Below are positions 19,530 to 28,885 of a DNA stretch of 54,305 bases, one piece after another (position 1 is the first letter of the stretch; every line of letters starts with the position of its first letter). The notes below the pieces were generated by a model. It searched no databases and had not been told where the DNA came from. It saw only the letters and a program-made list of their open reading frames with translations. Where the stretch lies: positions 1 to 54,305 of the forward strand of contig JANPLG010000164.1 of NCBI GenBank assembly GCA_031426395.1, written 5' to 3'. Source of the stretch: Actinomycetes bacterium. Its GTDB lineage: Bacteria > Armatimonadota > SYMT01. The translations under genes were made by a program, and so were the position numbers.

Positions 19530-22500
19530 ATGCGCCGCTCTCGCTTGGTGGCTTCGGTTCTTCCGCTTGCAGCGGTGGTCTTCTGCGCCACAGCCGCGTC
19601 CGCCGTGACTCCCACCGGCGTCTATGTTCCCACCGCCCTCACCTTCACCCGACCTGCCGGTGGAAACAGTGTGGGCCGAACCGGCTCCGCTGCTCAGCCG
19701 TTCCGCGACGACGTGATACTGGACACCGTGACCTTTCCGGGTAACGTCGGCTTCCCAGGGAACGCGGTTTACACTGTCGCCTCCTCGCAGGCGCGCGCGA
19801 TGCAGGCGGTGCGGATCACCAACAATGGCACCTACATCGGGGCAAACACAAACGCGGAATTCGGCGCGCTCGACAACGGCGGGGACGGCAATGCGACACC
19901 GTTCGTCAAGGCGGGAATAGTCGCGGAAGGAGCGCCACTCCCCCTCGCAACGCAGGAATCGACCAATCCCGCGATCCAGCAACCCGCGATCCGTCAGGCC
20001 TTCGGCAGCTTATCGCTCGTGGAAGGCATCGACGGAGAGGGTGGCCCTTTCCAATTGACCTTCATTTTCCAGAGCAGTGTCTCGGACAGCCACCCCCTGG
20101 TCGATGATCCTCGGCCCGAGGTGTTGATGTTCGAGCGCGGGTTGAACTCCAACTGGCAGGTTGAGGCGATTGTCGGCGGGACCATCGACAGCCCCATCTT
20201 CGCGCCGGTTCCGGTGGTCCTGGATGTCACCCGGAACATTGCGGGAACGGCCAACGACACCGACCCCTGGCCCAGCGGAATCTTCATCGAGACCTCGGAG
20301 ATCACTCCCAGCAACCAGCAGCTCGGCGCGGTGGCGATCGACCTGAATGCCTTCTGGGGCGGCGGTGTGGCAGGTACCATCTACGGCCTTCGGGTCACAA
20401 CGGTTGACAATACGGGACCGGATCTCTACGGGATCTTTGGATTGGCGCGGGACCCGGTGATCCAGTTCGGACCCATCCCGCCGGAGTTGGAGGATCCCTC
20501 ATCCGCTGTGCGCTTCGAGGAGTTCGCGGCGCATCCTAGCCCCGCCGGGAATGTCCTGAAGTGGAAGACCGCTTGGGAAACGGACAATCTCGGCTTCAAC
20601 ATCTATCAGGAGGATGGCAGTGGGAGCAGCGCGCGGAAGCGGCTCAACCCATCGCTGATTGCTGGCTCGGCGCTGGTGGCGGGTGCGGGGAGGGAACTGC
20701 GCAGCGGCTACGAGTACTCCTGGCTGGACCGGAACGGCGGCGGCGGAGCGTACTGGCTGGAAGACGTCGACCTTCGCGGCGCGCGCGCCTGGCACGGCCC
20801 GTTCTATGCCGATGCAAGTCCCAATGAGGACGAAGCCGCCGGGGACAACTCGCCACTGCTGGCGGAACTGAACAGCGGCGAAGTCGAGTCCGGGGTCCGC
20901 ACGGGATCGGTTCTCCGCGCAATGCCGCTTCCCGTGGCTCGCGGTGGCGCAAGGCAGCGCGATGCACGGAACGATGTCCAGCTTCGGCTGGCAGGGCTGA
21001 ATGCCCTCAAGCTTTCCGTCCGGGAGGAAGGCTGGTACCGGGTCACCGGCAAGGAGTTGCTGGAGGCCGGCCTGAGTCCGCGGACTCAGGCCGCGCGGCT
21101 CCGCCTCTATGCGGATGGACGTGAAGTTCCGATCAGCGTCAGGACTGCCGTCAATAACCGCATTGCTGCGAAGGACACGCTGGAGTTCTACGGCCTCGGC
21201 CTCGACACGCCCTCTACGGATACGCGGGTCTACTGGCTGGTGGTCGGCGAACCCGGAGGCCTACGGATCGCATCCCAGACCAGCGCTGCAGGTATCGCGC
21301 CCGCTGCCAGCTTCACCGAAACGGTGGAGCGCGTGGAGCACCGGATCTACTTCCCCTCGGCACTGAATGGCGAGGCGGACAACTTCTTCGGACCCGTGGT
21401 CACGGGCACCCCGGTGGAGCAGCCGCTGACGGTGCCGAACCCGGTCGGGACGCAAGGTGGCCAGGCGCTCCTCTCTGTATCGCTGCAGGGCGCGACCAAT
21501 CTGCCGACCCCCGGTCCCGACCACCGGGTTCGAGTGAGCTTCAACGGCACGGTGGTAGGTGAGGTCGCCTTCGACGGGAAGACCGTTGGCAGCGGCGAGT
21601 TCCCGGTGGCCGCCAGCAGCGTGGTGAGTGGGACAAACCAGGTCGTGCTCACGGCACTGGCGGGTGGCGAGGATGTCTCGCTGGTTCGCCGGGTCGCCCT
21701 GACCCATCAGCGCGGGTTCGCGGCGGCGGGCAACCGGCTCCGGTTGACCGCACAGGCTGGGCAGCCGGTGAGCATCTCCGGCTTCAGCAAGAGCAATGTC
21801 CGCGTCGTGGACGTGACCGATCCGTTCGCTCCCATTGGGGTTGCCGGGCAGGTTGCGGCGGTGAAAGGTGGGTTCGCCTTTGCCGGCGTCGTTCCGTCCG
21901 GCCTCGCTGGCACCCGTGTGCTCCTCGCGTTTGCGGACTCGGCCATTCTTGAGCCGTACCGGGTGGCGGTGAACACGCCGTCCGCCTGGACGACATCCAC
22001 CGCTGGCGCCGACCTGGTATGCGTTGGCCCCGCAGATCTCCTGAAATCGGCGCATCCCCTCGTCCAGCATCGGCGACTCCAGGGCATGACGGTCGCTTCG
22101 GTCAACGTGGAAGACGTCTTCGACGAATTGAGCTTTGGAAGCAAGTCGCCTGCCGCGCTGAAGGCGTTCCTCGCTGCCGCCGGCCAGCGATGGGTCAAGA
22201 AGCCGCGGTTCGCGCTGCTGGTCGGCGATGCCACCTATGACCCGCGCAACTACCTGGGCCGTGGCGCGAACGACCGGGTGCCCACCGCCTTCGTCCCGAC
22301 CTCCTACCTGGAAACTGCCTCCGACGATTGGTTCGCGGACTTCAACGAGGACGGCGTGCCGGAGATCGCCGTGGGCCGGTTGCCGGTGAGCACCGCGAAG
22401 TCAGCGGCAACGGTGGCCAAAAAGATCGTGGGCTATGACAAGCCGGTCGGAAGCGTGAGCTGGAAGAAGCAACTGCTGCTGGTGAGCGGCAAGGATACGC

Positions 22501-23033
22501 CGGACTACCCGTTCACGGCGGCGCTCCGCTCCCTGCGCACGCAAATGCCGGCAGGGTACGGCGTCACCGAGGCCCGCTACCAGGACCAGGGGCTATCCGC
22601 CGCTCGAACGAGCTTCTTCAACGCGATCAAAGCCGGCGCGCTGGTGGTCAACTACCAGGGTCACGGTCGGCAGAACGGATGGTCGGACGACCTGCTGAAG
22701 GCCGAGGACATCGCGACGCTTCGGAACGAGACGCGGCTGCCGCTGTTCGTGAGCATGACCTGCTTCAACGGCACCCTGCAGGATCCGACGATCCTCTGCC
22801 TCGGAACGGTGCTATTGCGCGCGCCCAAGGGTGGGGCGGTGGCCGCGTGGGCCTCGTCCGGGCTAACGGTGCCGTCGGAGCAGGCGAGCATGAACCAGGC
22901 GCTCTACCGGGAGTTGTTGGGCACGAAGAAGACGCTGGGTGAGGCGATCATGGGCGCGAAGAGCGCGGCGCTGGACCCGGACGTTCGCCGCACCTGGATC
23001 CTCTTCGGTGATCCTTCCATGACGCTGCGCTAA
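19530..23033 (+). CDS. Secreted multidomain C25 (gingipain-family) cysteine peptidase
   Basis: Signal peptide; LLVGDATYDPRNY, SDDWF, AVGRLP; catalytic dyad VNYQGHG and SMTCFNG; C-terminal LFGDP. Confidence 0.9.
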   Translation: MRRSRLVASVLPLAAVVFCATAASAVTPTGVYVPTALTFTRPAGGNSVGRTGSAAQPFRDDVILDTVTFPGNVGFPGNAVYTVASSQARAMQAVRITNNGTYIGANTNAEFGALDNGGDGNATPFVKAGIVAEGAPLPLATQESTNPAIQQPAIRQAFGSLSLVEGIDGEGGPFQLTFIFQSSVSDSHPLVDDPRPEVLMFERGLNSNWQVEAIVGGTIDSPIFAPVPVVLDVTRNIAGTANDTDPWPSGIFIETSEITPSNQQLGAVAIDLNAFWGGGVAGTIYGLRVTTVDNTGPDLYGIFGLARDPVIQFGPIPPELEDPSSAVRFEEFAAHPSPAGNVLKWKTAWETDNLGFNIYQEDGSGSSARKRLNPSLIAGSALVAGAGRELRSGYEYSWLDRNGGGGAYWLEDVDLRGARAWHGPFYADASPNEDEAAGDNSPLLAELNSGEVESGVRTGSVLRAMPLPVARGGARQRDARNDVQLRLAGLNALKLSVREEGWYRVTGKELLEAGLSPRTQAARLRLYADGREVPISVRTAVNNRIAAKDTLEFYGLGLDTPSTDTRVYWLVVGEPGGLRIASQTSAAGIAPAASFTETVERVEHRIYFPSALNGEADNFFGPVVTGTPVEQPLTVPNPVGTQGGQALLSVSLQGATNLPTPGPDHRVRVSFNGTVVGEVAFDGKTVGSGEFPVAASSVVSGTNQVVLTALAGGEDVSLVRRVALTHQRGFAAAGNRLRLTAQAGQPVSISGFSKSNVRVVDVTDPFAPIGVAGQVAAVKGGFAFAGVVPSGLAGTRVLLAFADSAILEPYRVAVNTPSAWTTSTAGADLVCVGPADLLKSAHPLVQHRRLQGMTVASVNVEDVFDELSFGSKSPAALKAFLAAAGQRWVKKPRFALLVGDATYDPRNYLGRGANDRVPTAFVPTSYLETASDDWFADFNEDGVPEIAVGRLPVSTAKSAATVAKKIVGYDKPVGSVSWKKQLLLVSGKDTPDYPFTAALRSLRTQMPAGYGVTEARYQDQGLSAARTSFFNAIKAGALVVNYQGHGRQNGWSDDLLKAEDIATLRNETRLPLFVSMTCFNGTLQDPTILCLGTVLLRAPKGGAVAAWASSGLTVPSEQASMNQALYRELLGTKKTLGEAIMGAKSAALDPDVRRTWILFGDPSMTLR

Positions 23034-23036
23034 CCG

Positions 23037-24116
23037 ATGGTAGCGCGTCCCGGAAACACTCGGGAACGTATGGGCGCCGGGATCGCGGAGTTGCTCCGTG
23101 GTTCCTGGCGCCCATTACCGTTCCAAACGGAAGGCGAAGCTGAATCGTGGCGGATGCTTCTGCCGGAGCTCACGCCGCCCCTGCTGGCGACCGGCTGCGG
23201 ACCGCTGGCATGGCGCCGCCTGTGGGAAACGGATCTTGCGGCAACGGCGGAGGCCGGCGAACTCCGCCAGGCCTACCGGATGCACGCGTTGCGTTCGGCG
23301 GCGCAGGAAGGCGAGCTGGCGCGGGTTGCGGGGGCGCTTTCGGAGGCGGGGGTGGAGCCGCTCCTACTGAAGGGCTGGGGGGTTGCCCAGCACTACGCGG
23401 AGCCGCACCTACGACCCTACGGCGACCTGGACTTTTTGGTGACCTCCGAGCTCTCGGAAACAGCGCGTCGGACAGTCGACGGGGTCGCCCGACTTCGTTG
23501 CCCGGTGGAGTTGCATCAGCGGTTCAACTTTCCCAGCGACCGCTCCCACGCGGAGTTGCTGGGTCGTTCGAGTACGGTTGCTTGCGGCGCAGTGACGCTG
23601 CGCATTCCCGCGCCGGAAGACCACTTGCGGCTCCTGGCACTCCACATGCTCTCCCACGGCGCGTGGCGGCCGCTCTGGCTCTGCGACATCGCGGCGCTGC
23701 TCGAAGGCGCGGGCGAGGCATTCGATTGGGACCTCTGCTTGTCCGGTGATGCGAGGCTCACCGGCTGGGTGGAGGCATCGGTGCTGCTTGCGCGGGACCT
23801 GCTGGGGCTTGAACGGGGCCGGTTGCCGAAGCGGCTGGCATCGCGAGCTTTGCCCTCATGGGTGGCCATCTCCGTGCTCCGTCAATGGGGGCGCGGAACG
23901 GGCTCCAGTACCCGCGAGTCGCTTCGCCTTGGCGATCTCGTGCGGCGACCACGCGATGTGGTGGATGAGCTTGCGCTACGGCTGCGCAATCCAATTGAGG
24001 CCACCGTGGAACGGCGACTTGCCTTCGACCGGTCGTCGCCGCTGTCCGCGGTGGTGGCGGCGACGGTGGTGCGGGGACTGTCGTGGTTGTGTGACGGAAC
24101 TCAGATTGCAAATTGA
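23037..24116 (+). CDS. Nucleotidyltransferase family protein (NTP_transf_5-like)
   Basis: LLLKG, Y..P.LRPYGDLDFLV, VELH, PAPEDHL..LALH and WLCDI. Confidence 0.88.
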   Translation: MVARPGNTRERMGAGIAELLRGSWRPLPFQTEGEAESWRMLLPELTPPLLATGCGPLAWRRLWETDLAATAEAGELRQAYRMHALRSAAQEGELARVAGALSEAGVEPLLLKGWGVAQHYAEPHLRPYGDLDFLVTSELSETARRTVDGVARLRCPVELHQRFNFPSDRSHAELLGRSSTVACGAVTLRIPAPEDHLRLLALHMLSHGAWRPLWLCDIAALLEGAGEAFDWDLCLSGDARLTGWVEASVLLARDLLGLERGRLPKRLASRALPSWVAISVLRQWGRGTGSSTRESLRLGDLVRRPRDVVDELALRLRNPIEATVERRLAFDRSSPLSAVVAATVVRGLSWLCDGTQIAN

Positions 24117-24337
24117 AAAGTGCAAACTGCTTGGTGCCGATTTCGCTTGGGCCGTTTGCCCTGGTAGAGGTTGTTGAGCTCGTACTTGAGGTCGCCCTGA
24201 AGCTGATCCTAATAGGCCGCGTCGCTGCCCGGCTTTATGATCCAGTCGACGATATCCAGGCCAAAGGCGAGATCGCGAGCGCCGGTCTCGCTGGCGACCA
24301 GTGACCCGCCGGCCACGCCGTTGACGTATCCCCGCTG

Positions 24338-24535
24338 CTACTCCAGGTCGTCGCCTTCCGTACGGCGGAAGTAGTCGGCCAGGTTGAGGTCGCCTTCCAG
24401 CACGCGGGCGAGGAGCCAGCCCGCGACGCCGCCCGCAACGATGAAGACCGCCTTGAACAGTCCGTACTGGACGATCATCCAGGCGAACACCGTACCGCCA
24501 ACCACGCCGACCAACCGCAAGGAGACGCGCTTCAT
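24338..24535 (-). CDS. DUF2273-like small membrane protein
   Basis: 65 aa with two hydrophobic helices and YGLFKAVFI; lies in the asp23-amaP operon. Confidence 0.8.
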   Translation of the reverse strand: MKRVSLRLVGVVGGTVFAWMIVQYGLFKAVFIVAGGVAGWLLARVLEGDLNLADYFRRTEGDDLE

Positions 24536-25152
24536 TGGACCCGTCTCCTGGCCGGGGCACCAGTACCGAGGCGACTCGAGAACCCGGCCATTGCGGGCGG
24601 CGAGGTAACTTGCAAATGGAAGTGGCTGCGCAACGGTGCCTGCCCGATGTGGTTCTCCAACGCTTCGTTCAGAGCGCGGCGGAGATCGTCAATGAGCAGC
24701 GGCGTGTTGGTCTCCGGCTTCACGCTGATGCGGCAGGTGAAGATTAGGCCCTTGCGCGTCGGCCGAACCTCCGCCTGCGCGGCCTCAACTTCGGCGAACT
24801 CCCGGATCACGTGGAGCGCCAGCCGACGCAGCCCCACCAGGGAGACGCGCACCACGCCCGCTCGGTCTGCGGCCAGCACTAGCTCGCGGGAGCGGGCTGG
24901 GACGCGCAACTCAAGGACAAGCAGTCCGAAGCCGAACGCGATGGCTCCCAGGCCACCGGCTGCAGTCCAGAAGAGGGTCATCCCCACCAGGGCCTGCAAC
25001 TCGCGGACCACCCAACGCCAGCCGCTGTGCGATAGTGCGGGGTCGATGGGAATCCATCCGCTGGTCGCCGCAACCGTGAAGACTCCCGCTGCGGTGAGCA
25101 GCAAGGCCAGGAGGGCGACCAGCAGGCGATTGAACAGGTGGAGATGGACCAC
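24532..25152 (-). CDS. AmaP-like membrane anchor protein
   Basis: Two transmembrane helices followed by a G.VRVS Asp23-like domain; adjacent to asp23. Confidence 0.7.
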   Translation of the reverse strand: MVHLHLFNRLLVALLALLLTAAGVFTVAATSGWIPIDPALSHSGWRWVVRELQALVGMTLFWTAAGGLGAIAFGFGLLVLELRVPARSRELVLAADRAGVVRVSLVGLRRLALHVIREFAEVEAAQAEVRPTRKGLIFTCRISVKPETNTPLLIDDLRRALNEALENHIGQAPLRSHFHLQVTSPPAMAGFSSRLGTGAPARRRVQ

Positions 25153-25179
25153 GGAGGCTCCGGACTACCCGACGCGGGG

Positions 25180-25629
25180 CTACTCGACGCGCTTCGTGAT
25201 GGGGGCCGGCTCTTCACCCGGGAAGAAGAGGTCGAGCACCTCGACGTTCACTTCCTTGACGATCAGGCCGGTCATGGATTCCACGCGGCTGATCACGTTG
25301 TTGCGGACGCCCGCCGCCACCGCCGGGATGTTCACCCCGTAGTCCACGCTGATGCGGACATCAATGGCTGCTTCCTTCTCGCCGACTTCCACGCCCACGC
25401 CGGTGTCTCGGCCTTCCTGGCGGGTCACGGTGCGCGCCAGGTTCGCGACTGCTTGCTGCAGCTTGCCGGAAGCGATGAGGGCATGGACCCCCGGCACTTC
25501 TCGGACCGCCAGCCCGGCAATCTTCGCCACGACGCCATCAGCGATCGTGATCTTTCCCTTTTCCTGCTGGATGGTGGTGACGTGCTCCGTCGCCGCCAGA
25601 GTTCTGGTCTCGCCGCTGTTCGCTGCCAT
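25180..25629 (-). CDS. Asp23/Gls24 family envelope stress protein
   Basis: GKITIADGVVAKIAGLAVREVPGV, GVGVEVGEKEAAID and MTGLIVKEVNVEV. Confidence 0.95.
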   Translation of the reverse strand: MAANSGETRTLAATEHVTTIQQEKGKITIADGVVAKIAGLAVREVPGVHALIASGKLQQAVANLARTVTRQEGRDTGVGVEVGEKEAAIDVRISVDYGVNIPAVAAGVRNNVISRVESMTGLIVKEVNVEVLDLFFPGEEPAPITKRVE

Positions 25630-25858
25630 GGAAATGCTCCTGGGAGAGGCGGGACGTGACCCGCCGGTCAGAGCAGCCGATAGGCCCGGCTTGTGCCCGG
25701 ACTGCCGACTGTCTGCTTTCCGGTTAGCGAATCAGCGGCAAGGTCCCTGCTTGGATGCTGACTAAACTTTGTGAAGCGCCTGCTCGCAGCCCGAAGGAGC
25801 GTGGGCGTCCCCCCAACAGCCTGGGGAATTCACGGCCCCGCCCTGCCTGCAGCTTGCC

Positions 25859-25909
25859 CGCATCTCAATCCGCATCTCAATCCGCATTCCGTATTCCGTA
25901 TTCCGCAAT
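25859..25909. repeat. Heptamer array (TCCGCAT)n, inverse of the array at 13757
   Basis: caatccgcattccgtattccgtattccgcaat at 25878-25909, preceded by a duplicated cgcatctcaatc. Confidence 0.85.
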
Positions 25910-25918
25910 TGACTGCGT

Positions 25919-26341
25919 TCACAGCACTTCGTTCTGGAACAGCTCGCAGATCTCTCCGTCTGGACCCCTGAAGAAGGCGATCCGCACTTCGATTCCGGAG
26001 AGGGTGAGCGACTTAGGCTCCATCGTCACCTCGGCTCCGGCGGCGCGGGCGAGTTCAAGCGCAGCATCGCAATCGTCGGTCCGAAGGCAGAAGTGGAGGA
26101 TGGCAGCCTCACTGGGCGCGTCCGGCTCACGGGGGTCTCGCTCGAAGATCTCCAGGTAGTTGCCGTCGCCGGTGTCCAGCATACAGGCGCGGCGAGGCAC
26201 CTCGCCCCACTCCACACCGAGACCGAAGCCGAGCCCCTCCTGCCAGAACCGCAGGCTTTGGTCCCAATCTGCGGTCCTGATGGCAACGTGATGAAATCCG
26301 CAACCGGGGATGGCTGCATTAGGCTGCTTGGCTCGGCGCAT
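25919..26341 (-). CDS. VOC/glyoxalase family protein
   Basis: FHHVAI, YLEIF, HFCL and FFRGPDGEICEL. Confidence 0.92.
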   Translation of the reverse strand: MRRAKQPNAAIPGCGFHHVAIRTADWDQSLRFWQEGLGFGLGVEWGEVPRRACMLDTGDGNYLEIFERDPREPDAPSEAAILHFCLRTDDCDAALELARAAGAEVTMEPKSLTLSGIEVRIAFFRGPDGEICELFQNEVL

Positions 26342-26567
26342 GATGGCTCCTGGGTCGGCCACCGCTCGCCGATGTCAGGCAAGAAGATGGCGCAAAGAAC
26401 TCCCGGCAATTCCAGTGGGATGGGAGGAACTCCTGCCGAGAATAGATGTGGTACTGGCAAGAAGCCAGGGAAACCGATACGATTACCCGTTGCTTGGGTA
26501 AGCTGACAGTATCCGTAGAGGTGGGAGTGGGCATCTGGGCCCGCCCCGGTGAGGTCCGAGGTTTTGA

Positions 26568-27446
26568 ATGGAGCTTGAAACGTCCGCGTCCCCTGCTCTG
26601 GTTCGGCTTGAGAAGCACGTCACCGACTACCTCCGGTCCAACGACAACGTTGGCTACAACCGTTTTGAGGACTTTGACTGGGCCAGCCTGAAGGACAGCG
26701 TGCATATGGCCGAGATGTCCGACCTGCACGTCGGCGCGGTCGAGACGGCCATGCTGGTCGAGGACCACATCCCCGGATACGGCTCCGAGTACATCCGCCT
26801 CTTCATGGTGGACCAGACCCGCACCGACGAGGAAGCGGAGAACTGTCGCACCATGCTGCACTTTGTCTTCCGCTGGGTGGCGGAAGAGGACCGGCACGCG
26901 CACTGTCTGGAGCTATGGCTCCGCAACTGCGGCCGCAAGGACCCGAAGGCCCTGACCAGCCTGATGGTGAGCGAGTGCAAGAAGCAGTACATCGCCCCGC
27001 ATGAGAATCCGGTCCAGCTTTTCACCTACACCTCCGTGCAGGAGAAGGCGACCCAACTCTACTACCAGTGCCTTCGCCAGTCGGTGAAGGAGCCGGTGCT
27101 CCGCTCCGTGCTCGCCAAGCTGGCTCAGGACGAGGCGCGGCACTGCCACTTCTTCAGCCAGATGGTGCTGGACGCGCTGGCGGATGGCGGCAACCGGCAG
27201 ATCACGCAGATCAAGGACGCGCTTGAGAACTTCAAGATGCCGCTCTCCGAGATGATGCACAACTACCGGCGCAAGGCGATCCAGATGAAGCATGCCGCCG
27301 GCGGCTACAATCACCTGGATGCGCTGGAGTACTTCGCGCGGCTGGTGAAGCGCTCCATGGAGACTCGGAGCACCGCCCGCGGCACCTCCCTTCAGGATCT
27401 GCTGACCTTCACCCAGCAGATGATGCCGAGCACGCACAAGGCCTAA
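26568..27446 (+). CDS. Acyl-ACP desaturase-like ferritin-fold diiron protein
   Basis: LVED.IP.Y, WVAEEDRH, QEKAT, LAQDEARH and FKMP. Confidence 0.85.
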   Translation: MELETSASPALVRLEKHVTDYLRSNDNVGYNRFEDFDWASLKDSVHMAEMSDLHVGAVETAMLVEDHIPGYGSEYIRLFMVDQTRTDEEAENCRTMLHFVFRWVAEEDRHAHCLELWLRNCGRKDPKALTSLMVSECKKQYIAPHENPVQLFTYTSVQEKATQLYYQCLRQSVKEPVLRSVLAKLAQDEARHCHFFSQMVLDALADGGNRQITQIKDALENFKMPLSEMMHNYRRKAIQMKHAAGGYNHLDALEYFARLVKRSMETRSTARGTSLQDLLTFTQQMMPSTHKA

Positions 27447-27548
27447 CGGCTTCCGGCATCGCCTTCTGGCACTGCAACAAATCCGGGTCCCGGGATGCGA
27501 AGATTGTTCCGCATCCTGGGACCCTTTTGATTCACAGGCAACCCCACA

Positions 27549-28592
27549 TCAACCGTCCAGGTGATGAAGGCGTCGGCACTCCTCAATGATGTCGTCCACG
27601 AACGGCTCGCGGGGGCTGGGTGAGGGGCCGAGGGGATCTTGCACCGGCTCACCCAGCAGGACGCGGAAGGTGGCGTCGACGCTCCATGCCAGCGCCTCGG
27701 GGTCGTAGCCCCCCTCCAGCACAAAGGCGAGCCTGCCCCCGCACAACTCCGCGGCGAGGCTCCGCAGCAGGCTCACCCATTGCCCAAAGCCGGCGACCGT
27801 GGCCGCAGTATGAACGCCACTCAGGTAGCGTGCATTGGTCCAATGGGCGTCGTAGCCGGCCGAGACAAGGATCAACTCCGGCTGGTACTCACGGGCCACC
27901 GGGGCTAGGACCTCGGTGAGCGCCTTCAGGAAACCGCTGTCACCCGTGCCGCCCGGCAGGGGGACGTTCACCGTGGTCCCGAGCGCCTTCCCGCGCCCAA
28001 TCTCCGTGCGCGCGCCGGTGCCGGGATAGGCGGGATACTGGTGGTGCGAGTAGTAGAGGACGGAGGGGTCGTCGTAGAAGATCTCCTGGGTTCCGTTCCC
28101 GTGATGGACATCGAAGTCGACCAGCAGCACGTGGGAGAGGCCTCGCGTGCGTACCGCATGCCGGGCCGCGATAGCTGTGTGGTTGATGAGGCAAAAGCCC
28201 ATTCCCTCGGCAATGCAGGCGTGATGGCCCGGTGGACGGACCAGGGCAAACGCAGCGGGCACGGTCCCATCCAGCACCGCGTCCACCGCACCGATCGCTG
28301 CACCGCTGGCGGCCAGCACCGCGTCCCAGGAGCGACCGCTGAACGGGGTGTCGCCCGTGAGGTGGCCCCCGCCGCGCTCAGCATAGTGGCGAATCAGAGC
28401 GAGGTAATCCGGGTCGTGAACCGCCTCCACTGCAGAGAGCGGCGCCAGCACCGAAGGGAGATGGGTGAGCCGCTCCCACAGCCCCACACGCCGCAGGTGG
28501 TCCACCACGGCTGTGAGGCGGCCCGCGTTCTCGGGATGCTGACCCGTGTCATGCTCCAGGCAAAGCGGATTGTAGAGAATGCCGGCCTGCAT
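27549..28592 (-). CDS. Histone deacetylase-family amidohydrolase
   Basis: HPENAGRL, RPPGHHA, GFC, DFDVHHGNGTQ, SAGYDAH and LEGGY. Confidence 0.96.
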   Translation of the reverse strand: MQAGILYNPLCLEHDTGQHPENAGRLTAVVDHLRRVGLWERLTHLPSVLAPLSAVEAVHDPDYLALIRHYAERGGGHLTGDTPFSGRSWDAVLAASGAAIGAVDAVLDGTVPAAFALVRPPGHHACIAEGMGFCLINHTAIAARHAVRTRGLSHVLLVDFDVHHGNGTQEIFYDDPSVLYYSHHQYPAYPGTGARTEIGRGKALGTTVNVPLPGGTGDSGFLKALTEVLAPVAREYQPELILVSAGYDAHWTNARYLSGVHTAATVAGFGQWVSLLRSLAAELCGGRLAFVLEGGYDPEALAWSVDATFRVLLGEPVQDPLGPSPSPREPFVDDIIEECRRLHHLDG

Positions 28593-28754
28593 CAGAATCG
28601 TCCTCGCACCTTCCGCGCAACCGTCGGCGACGGCCCATCGTCACTTCTATCCTTCCCGGAACCGACCCTCCGTGTCACCCGTCGTCCCCTGAAGAGGTCC
28701 ATCGCTCGACCGGACGTTCAAGATAATGGAACTTGCGGCGCTGCGGCGCTCCGC

Positions 28755-28824
28755 CAGCCCGCAGAGCGGGGTTCGCAAGGATAGGCATCGGGTTCAGCCG
28801 ATGCCGGGCTTTGCCGCTCGCAAC
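28755..28824. repeat. REP-like element, copy 1 (copy 2 at 45134)
   Basis: cagcccgcagagcggggttcgc..ataggcatcgggttcagccgatgccgggc..gccgctcgcaac, containing two hairpins. Confidence 0.85.
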
Positions 28825-28885
28825 CCAACCTTTCCCCGCCCCCGCAATGCGACGCTGTCATCGCAACCCATTTGCCCCAACGGTC

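Noticed and set aside
18918-24116. Lasso peptide or PQQ cluster
   Set aside because: No lasso cyclase, B2 transglutaminase-like protease, or pqqA/B/C/E genes
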